A stretch of 62,348 nt of DNA, the filler included, from Sphacelaria rigidula (Eukaryota), in NCBI GenBank assembly GCA_964200075.2. It is 11 parts of 11 records of this genome, joined end to end, with 100 filler letters (N's around TTAATTAATTAA, not from the genome) between each part and the next. Parts side by side here need not be neighbours in the genome. Positions count along the whole stretch, not along the records: positions 22,710 to 28,286 come from CAXNAA020026167.1; positions 28,387 to 33,963 come from CAXNAA020026168.1; positions 34,064 to 39,640 come from CAXNAA020026169.1; 8 more parts are not named here. The stretch is one strand, 5' to 3'. Each line of letters begins with the position of its first letter. Position 1 is the stretch's first letter. Shown piece after piece: positions 24,533-36,739 of this stretch. The translations under genes and the position numbers were made by a program. The notes under the pieces are model-generated. The model was not told the DNA's origin. It saw only the letters and a list, made by a program, of their open reading frames with translations, and made no database searches.

Positions 24533-26533
24533 ACCTCGTTCGAAAGGTCCTTGGTGACGGAGTTGAACGCTGCGGAGGCTGGACCTCTGGGTGAGGGACG
24601 CGGCTGTGTACGTCCCCGCGATAACAAGCAGGCAAGAAACGGAATGTACGTAGCATTAGTTCTATTATCCAATCCTTGTTAATATTGGTATTGGTATTGG
24701 TATTGGTATTGCCGAACTAAGCTTTTTAGTCGGGAATACGGAATAAAATGACGTGACTTTATGATATGTGTGCACCGTCTACCGCATGGCGTTAGGGGTA
24801 GGCCGCCTCGAAAAAGCCAATCGAACCGAGTCGAACCGGACCGAACAAAAAAGGTACGAGGTGTTCGCTGCGTGATTTTGCCAAGTCACATTTGTGCTGT
24901 TTTTTTTTGTGTTTGTTCCTGTTGTTGTTGTTGTTGTTGTTGCTGCTGCTGTTGGCGTTGTACAGACGACGTTGACCGTTATGTATTTGTCGGAAGCCGT
25001 CAAGATGCTGACTTCCGGTTCCGAGGACCGTTCTTCGGCATTAGTACAAGATACAGGATCAACATCAACACCAAACGGCCACAGCAGCGAAGAACCCGGC
25101 GAAGAGCCTAAATCCTCGAAGGGGCTGGAGTGCACGGAGGCGTCTTTGGCGACCCTCGGTGGTGGAGGGGTAGGAGTGGAAGCCGCAGTGAGACGATTGC
25201 AGTCGGCCCTGGCCGCGGAAGCGGCGCTGTCCTTGTGTAAGCTGCAGAAGGAGGAAGAGAAAGCGACGGCGGCTGCGACGGCGGCTGCTGAGGTGTCCGG
25301 ATTTTGATGTTTGACGGGGGGGGGGGGGGAGGGGTGGAGGGCGGAGTGTAGATCGATTTATTCCATTTCTTTTATTGACGTCACTGATGTTGATTTCGAT
25401 CGATTCTTATCAATCTTCGATTGATATTCGATGGATTTGTTCGATTTCACAGGCTGTTGGGTTAAGGGTAGGGTACAGAGAAGGGTATGTCGGGGTGTTG
25501 ATACCCTGGGTACCTTGGAATACTGAGTATTATCACAAGTTGTCGATGTACGGTTGAACACAGAGAAGGGCAGTACGGGGTGTCTGATACCCTGGCTACC
25601 CTGGAATACCGAGTAGTTTTCGGCTGCCGATACTCTGACTACCGTGGAATACCGAGTATTTCCGGCATTCGATACCCTGGGTACCATGGAGTACTCGCTA
25701 CTTCAAAATACCCTACACCTTGGATGAAATATGGTCAACAGATGCAATAGACAAGAAATGTACAGGGGAAAGTTTTGACCTGTTGCAACTCTTGTCGACA
25801 CATGATCAAAAGATGCAATAGACAAAGAATATACCAACAATAGTTGCAATAGGTCAACACTTTACCCAGTACATTTTTTGTCTATTGCATCTATTGACCA
25901 CATATTGTCCAGGGTGTGAAATACCCTTAAAATCCAGGATACCACCCAGGTTTCGTACTCTGCGCTAACCACCTTTGATTGATGTCATGCTTTTGATTTC
26001 ATGATCTCGATTGATCGGTTTGATTCATCAGATTTCAGCACACTCACATACACACACACACCGCTGATATAATGATACTCGAGAAATCAACTCGTGAAAC
26101 AGTTAGTAGTACTGTAAGAGCCAGCAGGCGTTGCGTTATTTTTGTTACTTGTGTAGGGTATACATTGCATGGGTATAACGTATCCTCACCCCCCCCTCCC
26201 CCTCTCCCTTCCGCCTCTCCCCTCCAGAGACAACGGCCAGGCGGGCAAGGACACGGAGCTGGCGGCGGTGCAGCCGGCGTGGCTGTTGCCGCTGGCGCAC
26301 CAGATGACACCGCCGGAATGTCTGCCGAGAAGGCCGCTAAGATTGCCGCAAAGCGCGCGGAAAAAGCTGCGAAAGCTGCTGCCAAGGCTGCGGCCAAGCA
26401 GGACAAGAAGAAAGGGTCGGGGCTTGGCGTGGGGTGCGCTGAGCTGAAGCAAAGGCTGACCGGTGGGCCGGGAGGGGGTGGTGTTCGAGCGCAGGAGGTG
26501 TATGGGAAGGTCGATCCTTTCTTGACAGGAGAG
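24533..26533 (+). CDS. HARS: histidyl-tRNA synthetase, N-terminal (HAL-like) extension; exons ~24533-24631, 24966-25292, 26228-26533
   Basis: Phase-0 exons translate to SLVTELNAAE...TTLTVMYLSEAVKML...ALAAEAALSLCKL...KQDKKKGSGLGVGCAELKQRL...VDPFL. This is co-linear with the ELNS / EA.AA / KKK..LGKGT..KDRL / DP motifs that precede the catalytic core in plant-type HisRS. The catalytic domain is not in the contig. Confidence 0.65.
24683..24710. repeat. (TATTGG)n microsatellite
   Basis: Direct reading; (GTT)n also at ~24920-24945. Confidence 0.9.
25460..25710. repeat. degenerate internally repetitive element in the HARS intron
   Basis: Recurring GATACCCTGG(G/C)TACC and GGAATAC(C/T)GAGTA. Confidence 0.7.
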
Positions 26534-26600
26534 GTGTGTTTTGGTTTTGTGTATTTGGTGTGTGAAATGTGTGTGTTTGGATCTTTCCCTCCCTGTGTGT

Positions 26601-26715
26601 GGGGGGGAGGGGGGGTGGTTGTACTCATGATCATGCATGCTATAGTCATAAGACCATTGACCTCGCATCNNNNNNNNNNCGGAGCACGCCGGGTTTTCGC
26701 CGGACCAGGCTCGCA
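26601..26715 (+). repeat. G-tract-headed repeat family A (most complete copy, internal 10-N gap)
   Basis: G-run-GTACTCATGATCATGCATGCTATAGTCATAAGACCATTGACCTCGCATC-N10-CGGAGCACGCCGGGTTTTCGCCGGACCAGGCTCGCA. Confidence 0.9.
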
Positions 26716-26736
26716 TTTAATCAAATACGAATTTTA

Positions 26737-27284
26737 CAATAATGGGCGGTCTAACTATTCATTTCGTGGCATTTGTGATTTTTTCATAATTGGCGATTTT
26801 CTTGGGTATTTTCGCTCGCCACCCCTTATCACATCGGGAATCTGAAGATATTGGTATCCGCTCCAAGTTTCAAGAAGAAAAACTCATCTGTACTCAATAT
26901 TGAGTGACTTACGGGCTGACCGGTCATCGGGGGTCTTGCCACGTTTCAGCCCAGGTTATTACTCTTTTTGATTTTCGGTCGATCGAGCCCGTCCTGATCG
27001 TATTTGTCAAGAAATACACATTTTTAATTTTTGAAATTCTGCTTACTCAGTGCACTAGGGCCGAAAAAATGTGTTTCACGGTCACTAACACCCTCCTGAT
27101 GAACGGGGTATTTACTCGTTTCGCCCGACAACACCAACTGACACTGACTTGGGTACTGTATTTCGAAGATGATCTTTTTTGTTGTACCAAAATCTACCGA
27201 CGCTAGCGATTTCGAGTTCTACCGAAGAGTAGTACGCGAGGAAAACCCCAGAACATCCCTAGATAGTTAGACCGCCCGCTCCTG
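26737..27284 (+). mobile_element. TA-flanked pogo/Tc1-type non-autonomous element (~550 bp)
   Basis: TA|CA...GGGCGGTCTAACTAT ... ATAGTTAGACCGCCC...CTG|TA; homologous to 54881-55683 and partial ~28387-28640 (-). Confidence 0.85.
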
Positions 27285-28116
27285 TATACAAATTGTTTTG
27301 GTTGATCCATTTTGTGCATCATGTATCTGTACAAAACAGATCGTGCAAGATGGCCAATATATAGGTTACCTCGTAGTCAAGTTGTTTTTCTCTGCTCAAA
27401 CTGTATCGTCCACTGGGCTACTCAATCACACACACACACATACACGAGAAATGGGCGGTACGTTTTACTCTGCGCGCAGTCCTTGCGACCTGTTTCGCCT
27501 CCTCATCCATTTGTCGAGATGGCTGTACTCCGTTCCGTTGTTGTAAAACAGTAAGCAGATGTGGGAATAGCGCACCCTGTGTGCAGCGGAGAGCGATAGG
27601 ACACCGATTATATATATTTTTATGTTCATACTCTTGCACCGACAATAGTCGCGGTAGGTCTCTACTTGACGCAGTACTTTTTTTTCGGTCTATTGCAGCT
27701 ATTGAACATATGTTGTCCAGACTGTGTACTTTGTTGATAGCAGTGACCACCGAAGAAGGTTCACCTGTATCGCATAGCAGCGGTATCGCACGGCACATCG
27801 AGGATGATTCGACATGCAAGCGCAACGTCAAAGCAAGTTAGAAGTGTGCCAACGCTGCCCCTCGAAAATAGCAAGGCTGCGGAGCCATGGGCAGAGAGTA
27901 TGCCGCCTGCGTGGAATGGCAGCAGTAGTGGCAGCCAGTGTGATGAGACTTGAGATCTACCCACAGCCAGTCAGGGAATATTATCCTGTCCCTATGTGTA
28001 TACGAATGCCGAATATCCACCCTGTGCACGTGTAACCGAATGGGCGTGCTGTTTGTGCCACCTCGAAAACATGAATACCCAAGGCAAGACTCGACCACCG
28101 AAGGGCGGAGGATGGA

Positions 28117-28180
28117 GGGGGGGGGGGCGTACTCATGTTGCTTGCCTTACTCGTTTGACCATTGACCACGCATCCCTTCC
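28117..28180 (+). repeat. G-tract-headed repeat family B (copies 38506-38570 -, ~39520-39600 +)
   Basis: G-run-CGTACTCATGTTGCTTGCCTTACTCGTTTGACCATTGACCACGCATCCCTT. Confidence 0.85.
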
Positions 28181-28198
28181 TAAATGGAAATTGAGGAA

Positions 28199-28286
28199 GG
28201 GGGGGCTGTACTCACGATCATGCATGCCATAGTCATAAGACCATTGACCTCGCATCCCTACAAAGCCGGGACGGAGCACGCCGGGT
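28199..28286 (+). repeat. G-tract-headed repeat family A
   Basis: Near-identical to the 26601 copy; truncated at contig end. Confidence 0.9.
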
Positions 28287-28386
28287 NNNNNNNNNNNNNN
28301 NNNNNNNNNNNNNNNNNNNNNNNNNNNNNNTTAATTAATTAANNNNNNNNNNNNNNNNNNNNNNNNNNNNNNNNNNNNNNNNNNNN
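28287..28386. other. artificial contig linker
   Basis: 44N-TTAATTAATTAA-44N. Confidence 0.99.
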
Positions 28387-28879
28387 AGATCATCCTCGAA
28401 ACACAGTGTCCAAGTCAGTGTTAGTTGGTGTTATCGGGTGAAACAAGTAAGTACCCCGTTCATCAGGAGGGTGTTATTGACCGTGAAACACAGTTTTTCG
28501 GCCCTAGTGCAATGAGTAAGCAGAATTTCGAAAAAAAAAAACTGTACATTTCTTTGAAAATATGATCGGGACGGGCTCGATCGACCGAAAACACAGAAGA
28601 GTAAGAATCTGGGCTGGAACGTGCCCGATGAAAACAAACAAGACGGCATACTTGCGATGAACTATGGACGGACCCGTCTAAACGCGGAGTCGTGGGGAAA
28701 AACAAGAACACCATTACCACTTCTCTCTCATACAGGGCCTACTCAAGAAATAGTGTGAACAATACTCCTTCGTCATGAACCGCCTACGTGAGGATAGAAA
28801 CCGAATGATGACAAAACTTCACAGAAGTCAAGACCATGCCCCCTCCTCCCCCTCCTCGGCCTCGGACGTATTGGACGCT

Positions 28880-31800
28880 GCCCACTGACCCACCTTCTCA
28901 CATGAATGGCGCAGGAAGACAAGGAGCTCGACTTTCTCGAGGGGGAAACGCACTGCGGTCCTTCATCACGACGTTGTCAGCGCAGGAGAGCAGCCGCTCC
29001 GATTCCGCCTGCCTGACGGGGACGGTGACTAGACCGCGCGCCAGCCCGACCAGGTGTTGGACGTCTGCGTGCTTCAGCCACCACCAGTCCAACGGGTCGA
29101 GATACTCCCGAGGGCCCTCGTCGTCGTCTTTTCCTTCCTCTTACACCTCGATACCTACGGCCACCTCAAGGGCCTCCACCTCCAGCCGCACCGAGTTGGT
29201 GATGAGGCTGTTGGTCGAGCTGTTGGCGCCTTCCATCTGCCTGGCGTGTTGCACATCCCGTCGCCTGTGCAACGAGCTCCGTCACGCCGCCGAGACGCGC
29301 ACGCTCATCTGTAGACTGTAGCCTCTGCCAGACGATCTGGACAAGAGCACTATCCACGAGGGACTCCTCCAGTAGCACTGGCCTTGAGCTCAACAAGTCC
29401 TTTCTTCTCACTTGTTATTATCACGGAGGGATCCCCAACAAACCATATCAAGAGCTAGACAGCAAGGGGCCACACAGATGAGGGTCAGCATGCGATTATA
29501 CTGTAACCTACGGCTTGGTATCCTTTGGCTACAAGACGCACGCTGCCGAGCGCTCAGGTCTGCCCTCGACAGTGCGGGTGCCGCTGGTAGCTGCGGGGAC
29601 GCACCCGCGGAATTCCCCTCTGGATGGGCTTTCAGCGCGACCTCCACCGCCGTTTCCACAGGAACTTCCGCACTTTAGTAGGTTTCTCTCCATCCTTGAC
29701 CACGTTGAGCATCTTAGTAAGCGGGTCGTGAGCGGTTACCAACACCTCGGGTGGAGAGTGGTTGCCAGCACCCGCAGCGGCTTGAAGCCGTGGGGTTGCC
29801 ACCTGTTGCCTTCCGCGTACGTCAGGATGTCGCTTCCGTGTCCCCACCGGTTCATGAAGTCTTTGTGGAGCGCCACAGCGGACGGCATCACCACCACTCT
29901 CGCTGCGGACATGGCGGCGTCGCCGCTTGCAGGAAAATCCGACTACTCGTCGATCGCCAAATCGAGGTTCCTGCGGAGGACGAAGATGATCAGCACGACG
30001 AACCTTCACGTCGCGTATTGACGGCCCTCCACCAAAGTTTGCGTAGGCATGAACGGCTTCAAGATAGCGTACACGAGCTGGGGGATGGGCCTCTTTTACC
30101 AGCGTCAGCATTGGCGATAGCTCGTCCTCCTCCTCCTCCTCCTCCTGCTTGCCGATTGCCCACCTCAGCTCTAGTAACCGTTTCATCATGCTACAAGTAG
30201 ACCACCACCTCGTTACCACGTCTTAGACTACTCTCCTTCTCTTGGGACCAATGTTATAATTGTAATTATTATCATTATTATATTATATCCGTCACATGAG
30301 CTCAATCTCTCGAATCAGTGGTCACAGCGTGCAAGGAGCATACCACCTATATCCATAACCCAAACAGCCCGCAGAAGAAGGCGAGAGACAAAAACATCTA
30401 CACGAAAACCCTCCCCCCGTGTATATTGAAAAACTGCGCGAGACGAGCGGCCATCTGGCTTGACGTCGGGTGACAACCTGCCAAACCGCGGGTCAAGGCC
30501 ACAGCCTTCGCTTCCCCCGGTCCGTTGAAGACAAGAAAAGTGGTGCTTTCGACTCAATGGCTAGTGCAAGTGATAAGGTCAACACAGGCGTTACTGACGT
30601 CGAAAAGGCGTGTCATCTTGACCATGGAAGACTCGCAGCCGGTGGTAATCATGGCGACCTTACCCTCCAACTTATGCTTCGCCAAGGGTGACTCTGACAC
30701 CTTCCGAGAGGGAGCCTCACCACTCGTTGTTCCCGTCGACTCAATGCACTCCACGGCGAGGGTGAGGGGCTTCCACGCACTAATGATTAAGCTGATCGTC
30801 AGCGTCATGTACGTATCATTGGCGCAGGATGTCAGACGTCCGTAGTGATGCACAGGAGCTCGTCCTCCGGCATACCAGAGATCTCCGTCGTAATGCTCTT
30901 CCTGACCTCGCACATGTGTTGATGCAGGCAACGTTATCTGGAATTTTGGTGGTGCTGAGGATAGCACGCAGCATGTTCCGAAATCATGCTTCCTCCAGCG
31001 CCTGCTCAAGGTGGTAGGCGGGAACGGTGAAATGGGAGGAGCTAACGTTAGCCTCGCGGGCTGCTTTTACAACAACAGTACAGCAGTAATACGGACCCGA
31101 TCGATGGTGAACGGGCAGCATGAAGGAAGTAGTTTACTGCATTCAATGTAACCACGCAACCGAAAGTCTTCAAAGAACAAGAATATTGTCAGAGGTGGCG
31201 GGCAAAGGGCATGAGCTGGAAACTCTGTCGCGGCGCCACAGCTATGACCCCACGGCCGTGATCCTACTGTTGTGCGTAGGCATTTGTAGGCTGGCTTTGC
31301 ATGGGGGGTAGCCAGAACATAGTGATGGAGAGTGTGGCGAAGCAGAAAATATTATGAGTGCGTTGTCTTTCCACAGACACGGCATGCCTTGGCCCGTGTA
31401 CATTATATCTATCCTGTATCCCTGCTACAGTTCATAATATATCATCTTGAATATCGTGTTGCCCATTACCCACTGTGGTACATTATTGCATAGTAATCAT
31501 CCCTCTGTCTGTCTGTCTGTCTCCCTCTCTATAATTTCTATCTTATGTCGTATATATGTAACACATTACGCTGCGGCAGCAACATACAATAAGATTCATG
31601 AATTTCCACAACAGACGAGGCATGACGTGCGAAGGAGACAGAACACCAAACCAAGAAATTTACATGTAAAACCATGTATATGAAACACGTGACGCTGCTG
31701 TAGTAACATATACTGCATTGTCACAGCAAGACTGAAGCAACACATATTTTTACCAGAGCGGGCATCAGACCAAGTCATTTCAAGATAATCATGAAGCCAC

Positions 31801-32970
31801 GAGGGACAGGGGGCGGGGGCTATCACCTCTCTTTGCTTGACGCGATTGAAGGGCAGCGAGAATGGACAAGAATAGATGTAGAAGTGAATGCCGCTTACTC
31901 TTGTTGGGGAGGGAGGGGGAGGGGAGTGCTTGCATGAGCAGCAAACCTTGCATCTTTACACCTTGTACTTTGCACTTGTAGCTCTGAGATTTGCAACGGC
32001 TCTGTACCCAACAGCACGGTCTTACTCACCGACAAGGGGATGTTCTTCATCACCATCCATCGCACCAGCTCCCGATGACGTGCTGGGGTATCCTCTACGA
32101 AGTTGTATTTGACGGCAAGCTCTGCTGTCGAGGCCGAGTCGCTCGCGTTCCCGCCACCACTGATCTCCCAATATCATGAACCTTGCAGTCATCATCTGCA
32201 GCTCGATGAACAGGGTGACGGGTGTCCAGGTGCTTCCTGCTGTTGACGCGGAAGCTGTGCCACCTCCCACTCGGGAAGAGCTCAAGCAGCGGATGAAGAA
32301 GAAGCTTCTTGAAGAGAAAGTGCCTGGGGCTGAAGCCTCAACCGCGAAGTCGAAAGCCGGGGGACGCCAGCGCCTACATCGGGGCGATCTTCAAATGCTA
32401 CGTTCAAATGCAGCTACAAATGTATGCCATCTGCAAGCTGTGGTGCTGGGAGCAGGGGAAGATAGACCGAGCTTACATCATGTACAACCAGTACGCTGTG
32501 CCGAAAGCAAGGGGAGGCTGACCGAGCTTGGGTCATGTGCAGCCAGTACGCTGTGCTGGGAGCAGGGAGGGGGCGATCGAGCTTGGGTCCAGTACGCTGT
32601 GCTGGGAGCAGGGGAGGACCGACCGAGCTCTTGGGTCATATACAACCAGTACGCTGTGCTGGGAGCAGGGTGAGACCGACCGAGCTGAGTTCATGCACAA
32701 CCACTACATGATCTAACTTTGGTCTGAGGCCCCCGTGCCCACAACACAGCTTGCAGATGATATACATCTGAACAAGCATCTGAACATGGTCTTCAAAGTA
32801 CGCCCAGGGGTATGTGCTGGCGCCACCCGGCTTTGACTTTCGCAGGGGGATCTTCAGCCTCAGCGCCGTCTCTTCGAGCACGTTATTCTTCATCCGCTGC
32901 TTGAGCTCCTCTCGGGTGGTAGTCAGCACAGCTTTTCACGTCAACAGCAGCAGCAGCAGCACTGGCGCTT
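28880..32970 (-). pseudogene. decayed intron-containing hAT transposase (BED finger, DDE core, dimerisation domain)
   Basis: In order on the minus strand: PWAYF...IICKLC (BED, ~32740-32830); HRELVRWMVMKNIPLS|gt (~32030-32080); LCITTDV*TSCANDTYMTLT...LEGKVAMITTGCESSMVKM (30554-30870); VTRWWSTCSMMKRLLEL (~30165-30220); DPLDWWW...LAR...QAESERLLS (28898-29100). Confidence 0.85.
32230..32715 (+). repeat. inverted diverged duplicate of the hAT BED exon plus ~4 short tandem repeats
   Basis: TREELKQRMK...KPG.AS.Y...VQM..QMY.ICKL on both strands (32230-32460 +, 32720-32965 -); CAGTACGCTGTGCTGGGAGCAGGG repeats lie between. Confidence 0.85.
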
Positions 32971-33784
32971 GAGTCAGAGGAACCACCGCCTGGGTCCGCA
33001 GCGGACATGTTCGTAGCCACTACTGCGGTCCATCATACTTACGGTCCTCACTCCCTCTTTATCGTTGTGTGTCTTGTGTGCGTTTGCGCGCGCGCGCGCG
33101 TGTGTGTATACTCGGGGAGCGGCGCAATCAGATGGGTTTCCGATTAATAATGAGGCATTGTAGCGAGACATGAGTAAGTAAATAAGCACTGGCGGCACTC
33201 GCTGCTCCGCAGCCAGCACTAGCACACCACCGGTACAAGCGTTACTACGAGTTGTGTGCTGGTTCAGTACCCAGTCATATAATTTCCTGCAGAGTGAAGG
33301 CCCCGTCCAACTAGACGGTCCCGTCGACCAAAAGATATCTCAACGAGATATACATCAAGGCACAACCTCCAGCGCGGTAGTGTTACGAGAAAATTGAGGA
33401 TAAGTTTTCTATCATCTACAACACATTCATCTCTGGGAGATCGATCCGGCGAGGTGGAGGAGTAGCAGCAGCTTCGTCACTTTATTGGCAGCTATATCGT
33501 GAAATCAGGCACCATGTACCGGCGTGGACACCAATATGAATAAAAAACGTGTTTTCCTTCGGGCATCGGACCTCAGAACACGACCGAAGAGGTGTTCGGG
33601 AGCTCAGCTGTTGATAACCTTTTGTTCCGGCTTACGCAGTGTACTGGGGGGGAGGGCTCAAGTGCTATCACGATGGAAGACCTGTTGACTATTACCAGAC
33701 AGCGATCAATTGAACTCGTTAAGAATTCAATGCTCCCTAAACCGTATGTGACTGTCGGTTTGCGCAGTCATATGAACACACAGC

Positions 33785-33963
33785 GCCCCGGTGGTGTAAT
33801 GGTCCGACTGTCGCCACTAGGGTGGAGAGAACGGGGGTTCGATTCATGATGCGTTAGGTTTTTTCTTCGTAATGTATGATTTCCACCGTGGCATGAGTAA
33901 GAACGTGAATAAATAAAGTGGTCGACTGGGTTTGTGTGACATGAGTTGACCCGGTGCGGGAGT
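33785..33963 (+). mobile_element. tRNA-derived SINE 5' part
   Basis: A box TGGTGTAATGG, B box GGTTCGATTC, then a T-run; no 3' acceptor-stem partner. Confidence 0.6.
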
Positions 33964-34063
33964 NNNNNNNNNNNNNNNNNNNNNNNNNNNNNNNNNNNNN
34001 NNNNNNNTTAATTAATTAANNNNNNNNNNNNNNNNNNNNNNNNNNNNNNNNNNNNNNNNNNNN
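33964..34063. other. artificial contig linker
   Basis: 44N-TTAATTAATTAA-44N. Confidence 0.99.
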
Positions 34064-34366
34064 GTAAACAAATAGAAGCAGCACGTAAAAGCATACGTCG
34101 ACCAATTAAACGAAAAGGACGATTAAAAATACATTTATTTACTGATATATGTGACGGTAAATGACTGAGTGCCTGAACCAAAACTAGTTCTTTGTGGGTA
34201 TGCAGATGGTGCCTAGAAACGACCAGCGGGTGTGGAAAGATTCTAGTCGAATGTATGTTTGTATGAGACAGGATTCGATCCTTGTGTTGTTGACGCAGCG
34301 GGTTGAAGGTAGATGGATTGTCCCCGATTAGCCGCGTGTAACTGCTGCTACTACAGCCTTGATTAC

Positions 34367-35454
34367 CTAAACGTACGGCGCGTCACGATGATTTGTATGT
34401 AGATGACAACATTGTATGCGTAGCTAGGAGCTTTGGAGGGCAATGGTGAACAACATCGCCCACGACATTCACTTGCAACCCACCGCCAGAAACAGCTACC
34501 GTAGAACTAATCACAAGAAGGACTATCAGCTTTTCATCTGTTCTGCGCGACGTCTCCCCTTCTGCCGGCAAGCTGTGACGACCTATAACACGAGTAAGTC
34601 ACAAGTAATATAATCCCCCTCGGTGTCAATTGGTGTTTCTTTTTATCCAAAGAGCTCGGTGCTTACTTTCAATACCAGCTATCTGCTGTTGACGAGTGCC
34701 TTGTGCGAGAGAAACCTACAGTTTGAGTGTAACAAGTCAATCGAGGACCACCGGCAGACACCTCACAAGGGTGTGGCTTGTTTGCGTTGCTTATACTTCC
34801 ACATATAGGTATAAGCAATAAATCTTCCGCTTCTAGAATGGGTAAAGGTGAAGGTAAAGTAAACTATTGGGTCGGAAAGCTATCTGCAGGTCAAACATCA
34901 TTTAAGCTCCAGTATGCAGCGAACACGACAGACGTCGACCACGTATGTAACGCAGCACGCACGACGGTCGCAGTGAGGTTGCCGCTCTGGAGCGGGGGGG
35001 GCGACGATTCGATGTGGGGGCCGGTACCGATATTGTGTTCAGTCGGGATAATTTGTGCACGGTAATATGAATCATTTTGAACTTCCACGGACGCTGAAAT
35101 GGCCGACTCGGATTCACCGCATCTGCTGTATGTTTTTCTGCACAGTCCGATGGTGCCCCCTCGTTACCGAAAACAGCTGGGTTTGAATTCTCTGTCGCTG
35201 GTGACGGTGCGGCACTCGCGGAAGGCCTGCTTCACCACTACACCTGAAGCAATGAAGGCCATTGCCTGGGCGTTCCATACGTCGGACCCCGGTATCGACG
35301 CGAAATATATGTCGCTGACGTACCTGAAGAGCAAGACTTGCGGCGATTTACACGCAAAACCCGCAGAGCAATCAATCGCCGTCAATATGCTCGTAAGATA
35401 TGCACCGCCGGTACATCCAGTCGCTTGTTGTGATAAACTCGAGTTGTCTTCCAC
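34367..35454 (-). pseudogene. decayed orphan gene X (~350 aa), homologous to 56772-57076 (+)
   Basis: One frame runs 35454 to ~34700 with only three stops; the C-terminus AYNVVI..NHRDAPYV* matches AYNLVI..NHRDAPYL* on contig 11 with synonymous changes. Confidence 0.55.
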
Positions 35455-35717
35455 TAATTCGCCGCACCGAACGATGACGAGAGCGTGTCATGTGGTATGT
35501 GTCCTGTTTGATAGACCGTCATAACCAATTTATCCAAGATATAACTACACACACCTCCCCCCTCCGCGCGAAGCAGTCTATTTTCAAAATTGAGGATACA
35601 TTGTTGGTAGAGGACGAACCCCGGGAACATTCATCAACATCGAAAAGGTCTCTAAAATAAAATGCAAAAGCATTCTCCGGTTGGGATGTGTGAACTCACT
35701 CATCGTAGCAAACAAAA

Positions 35718-36525
35718 CATGAGATCAACAGTGTTTTGTACCGGAATCACTGGAGGACGATATCGACCCGTATAGACACCGGAGGTCACGAATTGCAGAT
35801 GGCTGTTTTCGAGGATGAGCGAGGCCACACATCACAGGCGGAGAGTGCAGATGTTTCTTTATTACGAATATATCGCTATGCTTATGAAAGATCCCAAGGA
35901 CGGTACCCAAACAACATTCATCCTCGATTTTCGACCGTGCTACGCCAGACATTCGAGGACGAACAAAATGACACCCACACCGAAAGATTGGGATCGGATC
36001 ACCAAAAAACGCCCGCATCGCGCACAGCCTGGTGGAGAGAATTGAGAGCGTGGTGCCTCGTCTTGCTTGGACGGACAGGTTTAAGGAGTGAGTCCCGTTA
36101 ATCCGTAGCCCGGCCGCCGTCCGAGGTAAAGCGCTCTGTCCATATCGAGACCACGTGAGAATGAGCCGCCGTGTACGTTAGTATCATTGCACACTTGTCG
36201 ACCTGTCACAGAATGTGGTGCGACGTTTAGTGTTTTCGATTCCGGTTTCTGCGAACAGCGGCGTGCACAAAATGATAAATGGTACGTACGGGTTGGAAGA
36301 TTTTCAGCTGTTCATGGGGGACTATATATTGTCCGTAAACAAGACGATATCAGAGACAAGAGAAAGCCTGCTGGCTGAAGAACAGGAAGGCGCGAAGCCA
36401 TGAAGGAATTTGAGGCGGTCTACAAGGGAAGACTTCCACGGCCTTTGGAGCTGGTGCATCACTCCCCGTCGGTAGTTGACTTTATGCTAAGAAAGTTGAG
36501 ACATGTATTCGCTGTCGCGAGCTGA
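35718..36525 (+). pseudogene. decayed orphan gene, divergent from gene X
   Basis: Successive frameshifted protein-like segments (QMFLYYEYIAMLMKDP..., AWWRELRAWCL..., GTYGLEDFQLFMGDYILSV..., MKEFEAVYKGRLPRPLELV...). Confidence 0.35.
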
Positions 36526-36739
36526 TCGGTGACCGGCCTCGCTGCTCAGGCACGGAAGTCAACTGTATCTTTCCCGGTAGTACTGGTCGAGGAGTGTAAA
36601 ACACCACCGCCCACATACATTTGCACTCCAGAGACAGAGCAGAGACTTGCTGCCGGCCGTCCCTTATTTTGTATCTTAGTTCATACTTGACATACCAGAG
36701 ATATTGCCCTCACCGCCGTTCGCAGATGACACTCACTCA

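Noticed and set aside
27840..27960. Next HARS exon (QRCPSKIAR resembles RRKPKIAKG)
   Set aside because: No following G.RDF motif or good splice sites; looks more like an eroded hAT remnant
33785..33860. Functional tRNA gene
   Set aside because: A and B boxes are present but there is no acceptor-stem pairing or 7-nt anticodon loop
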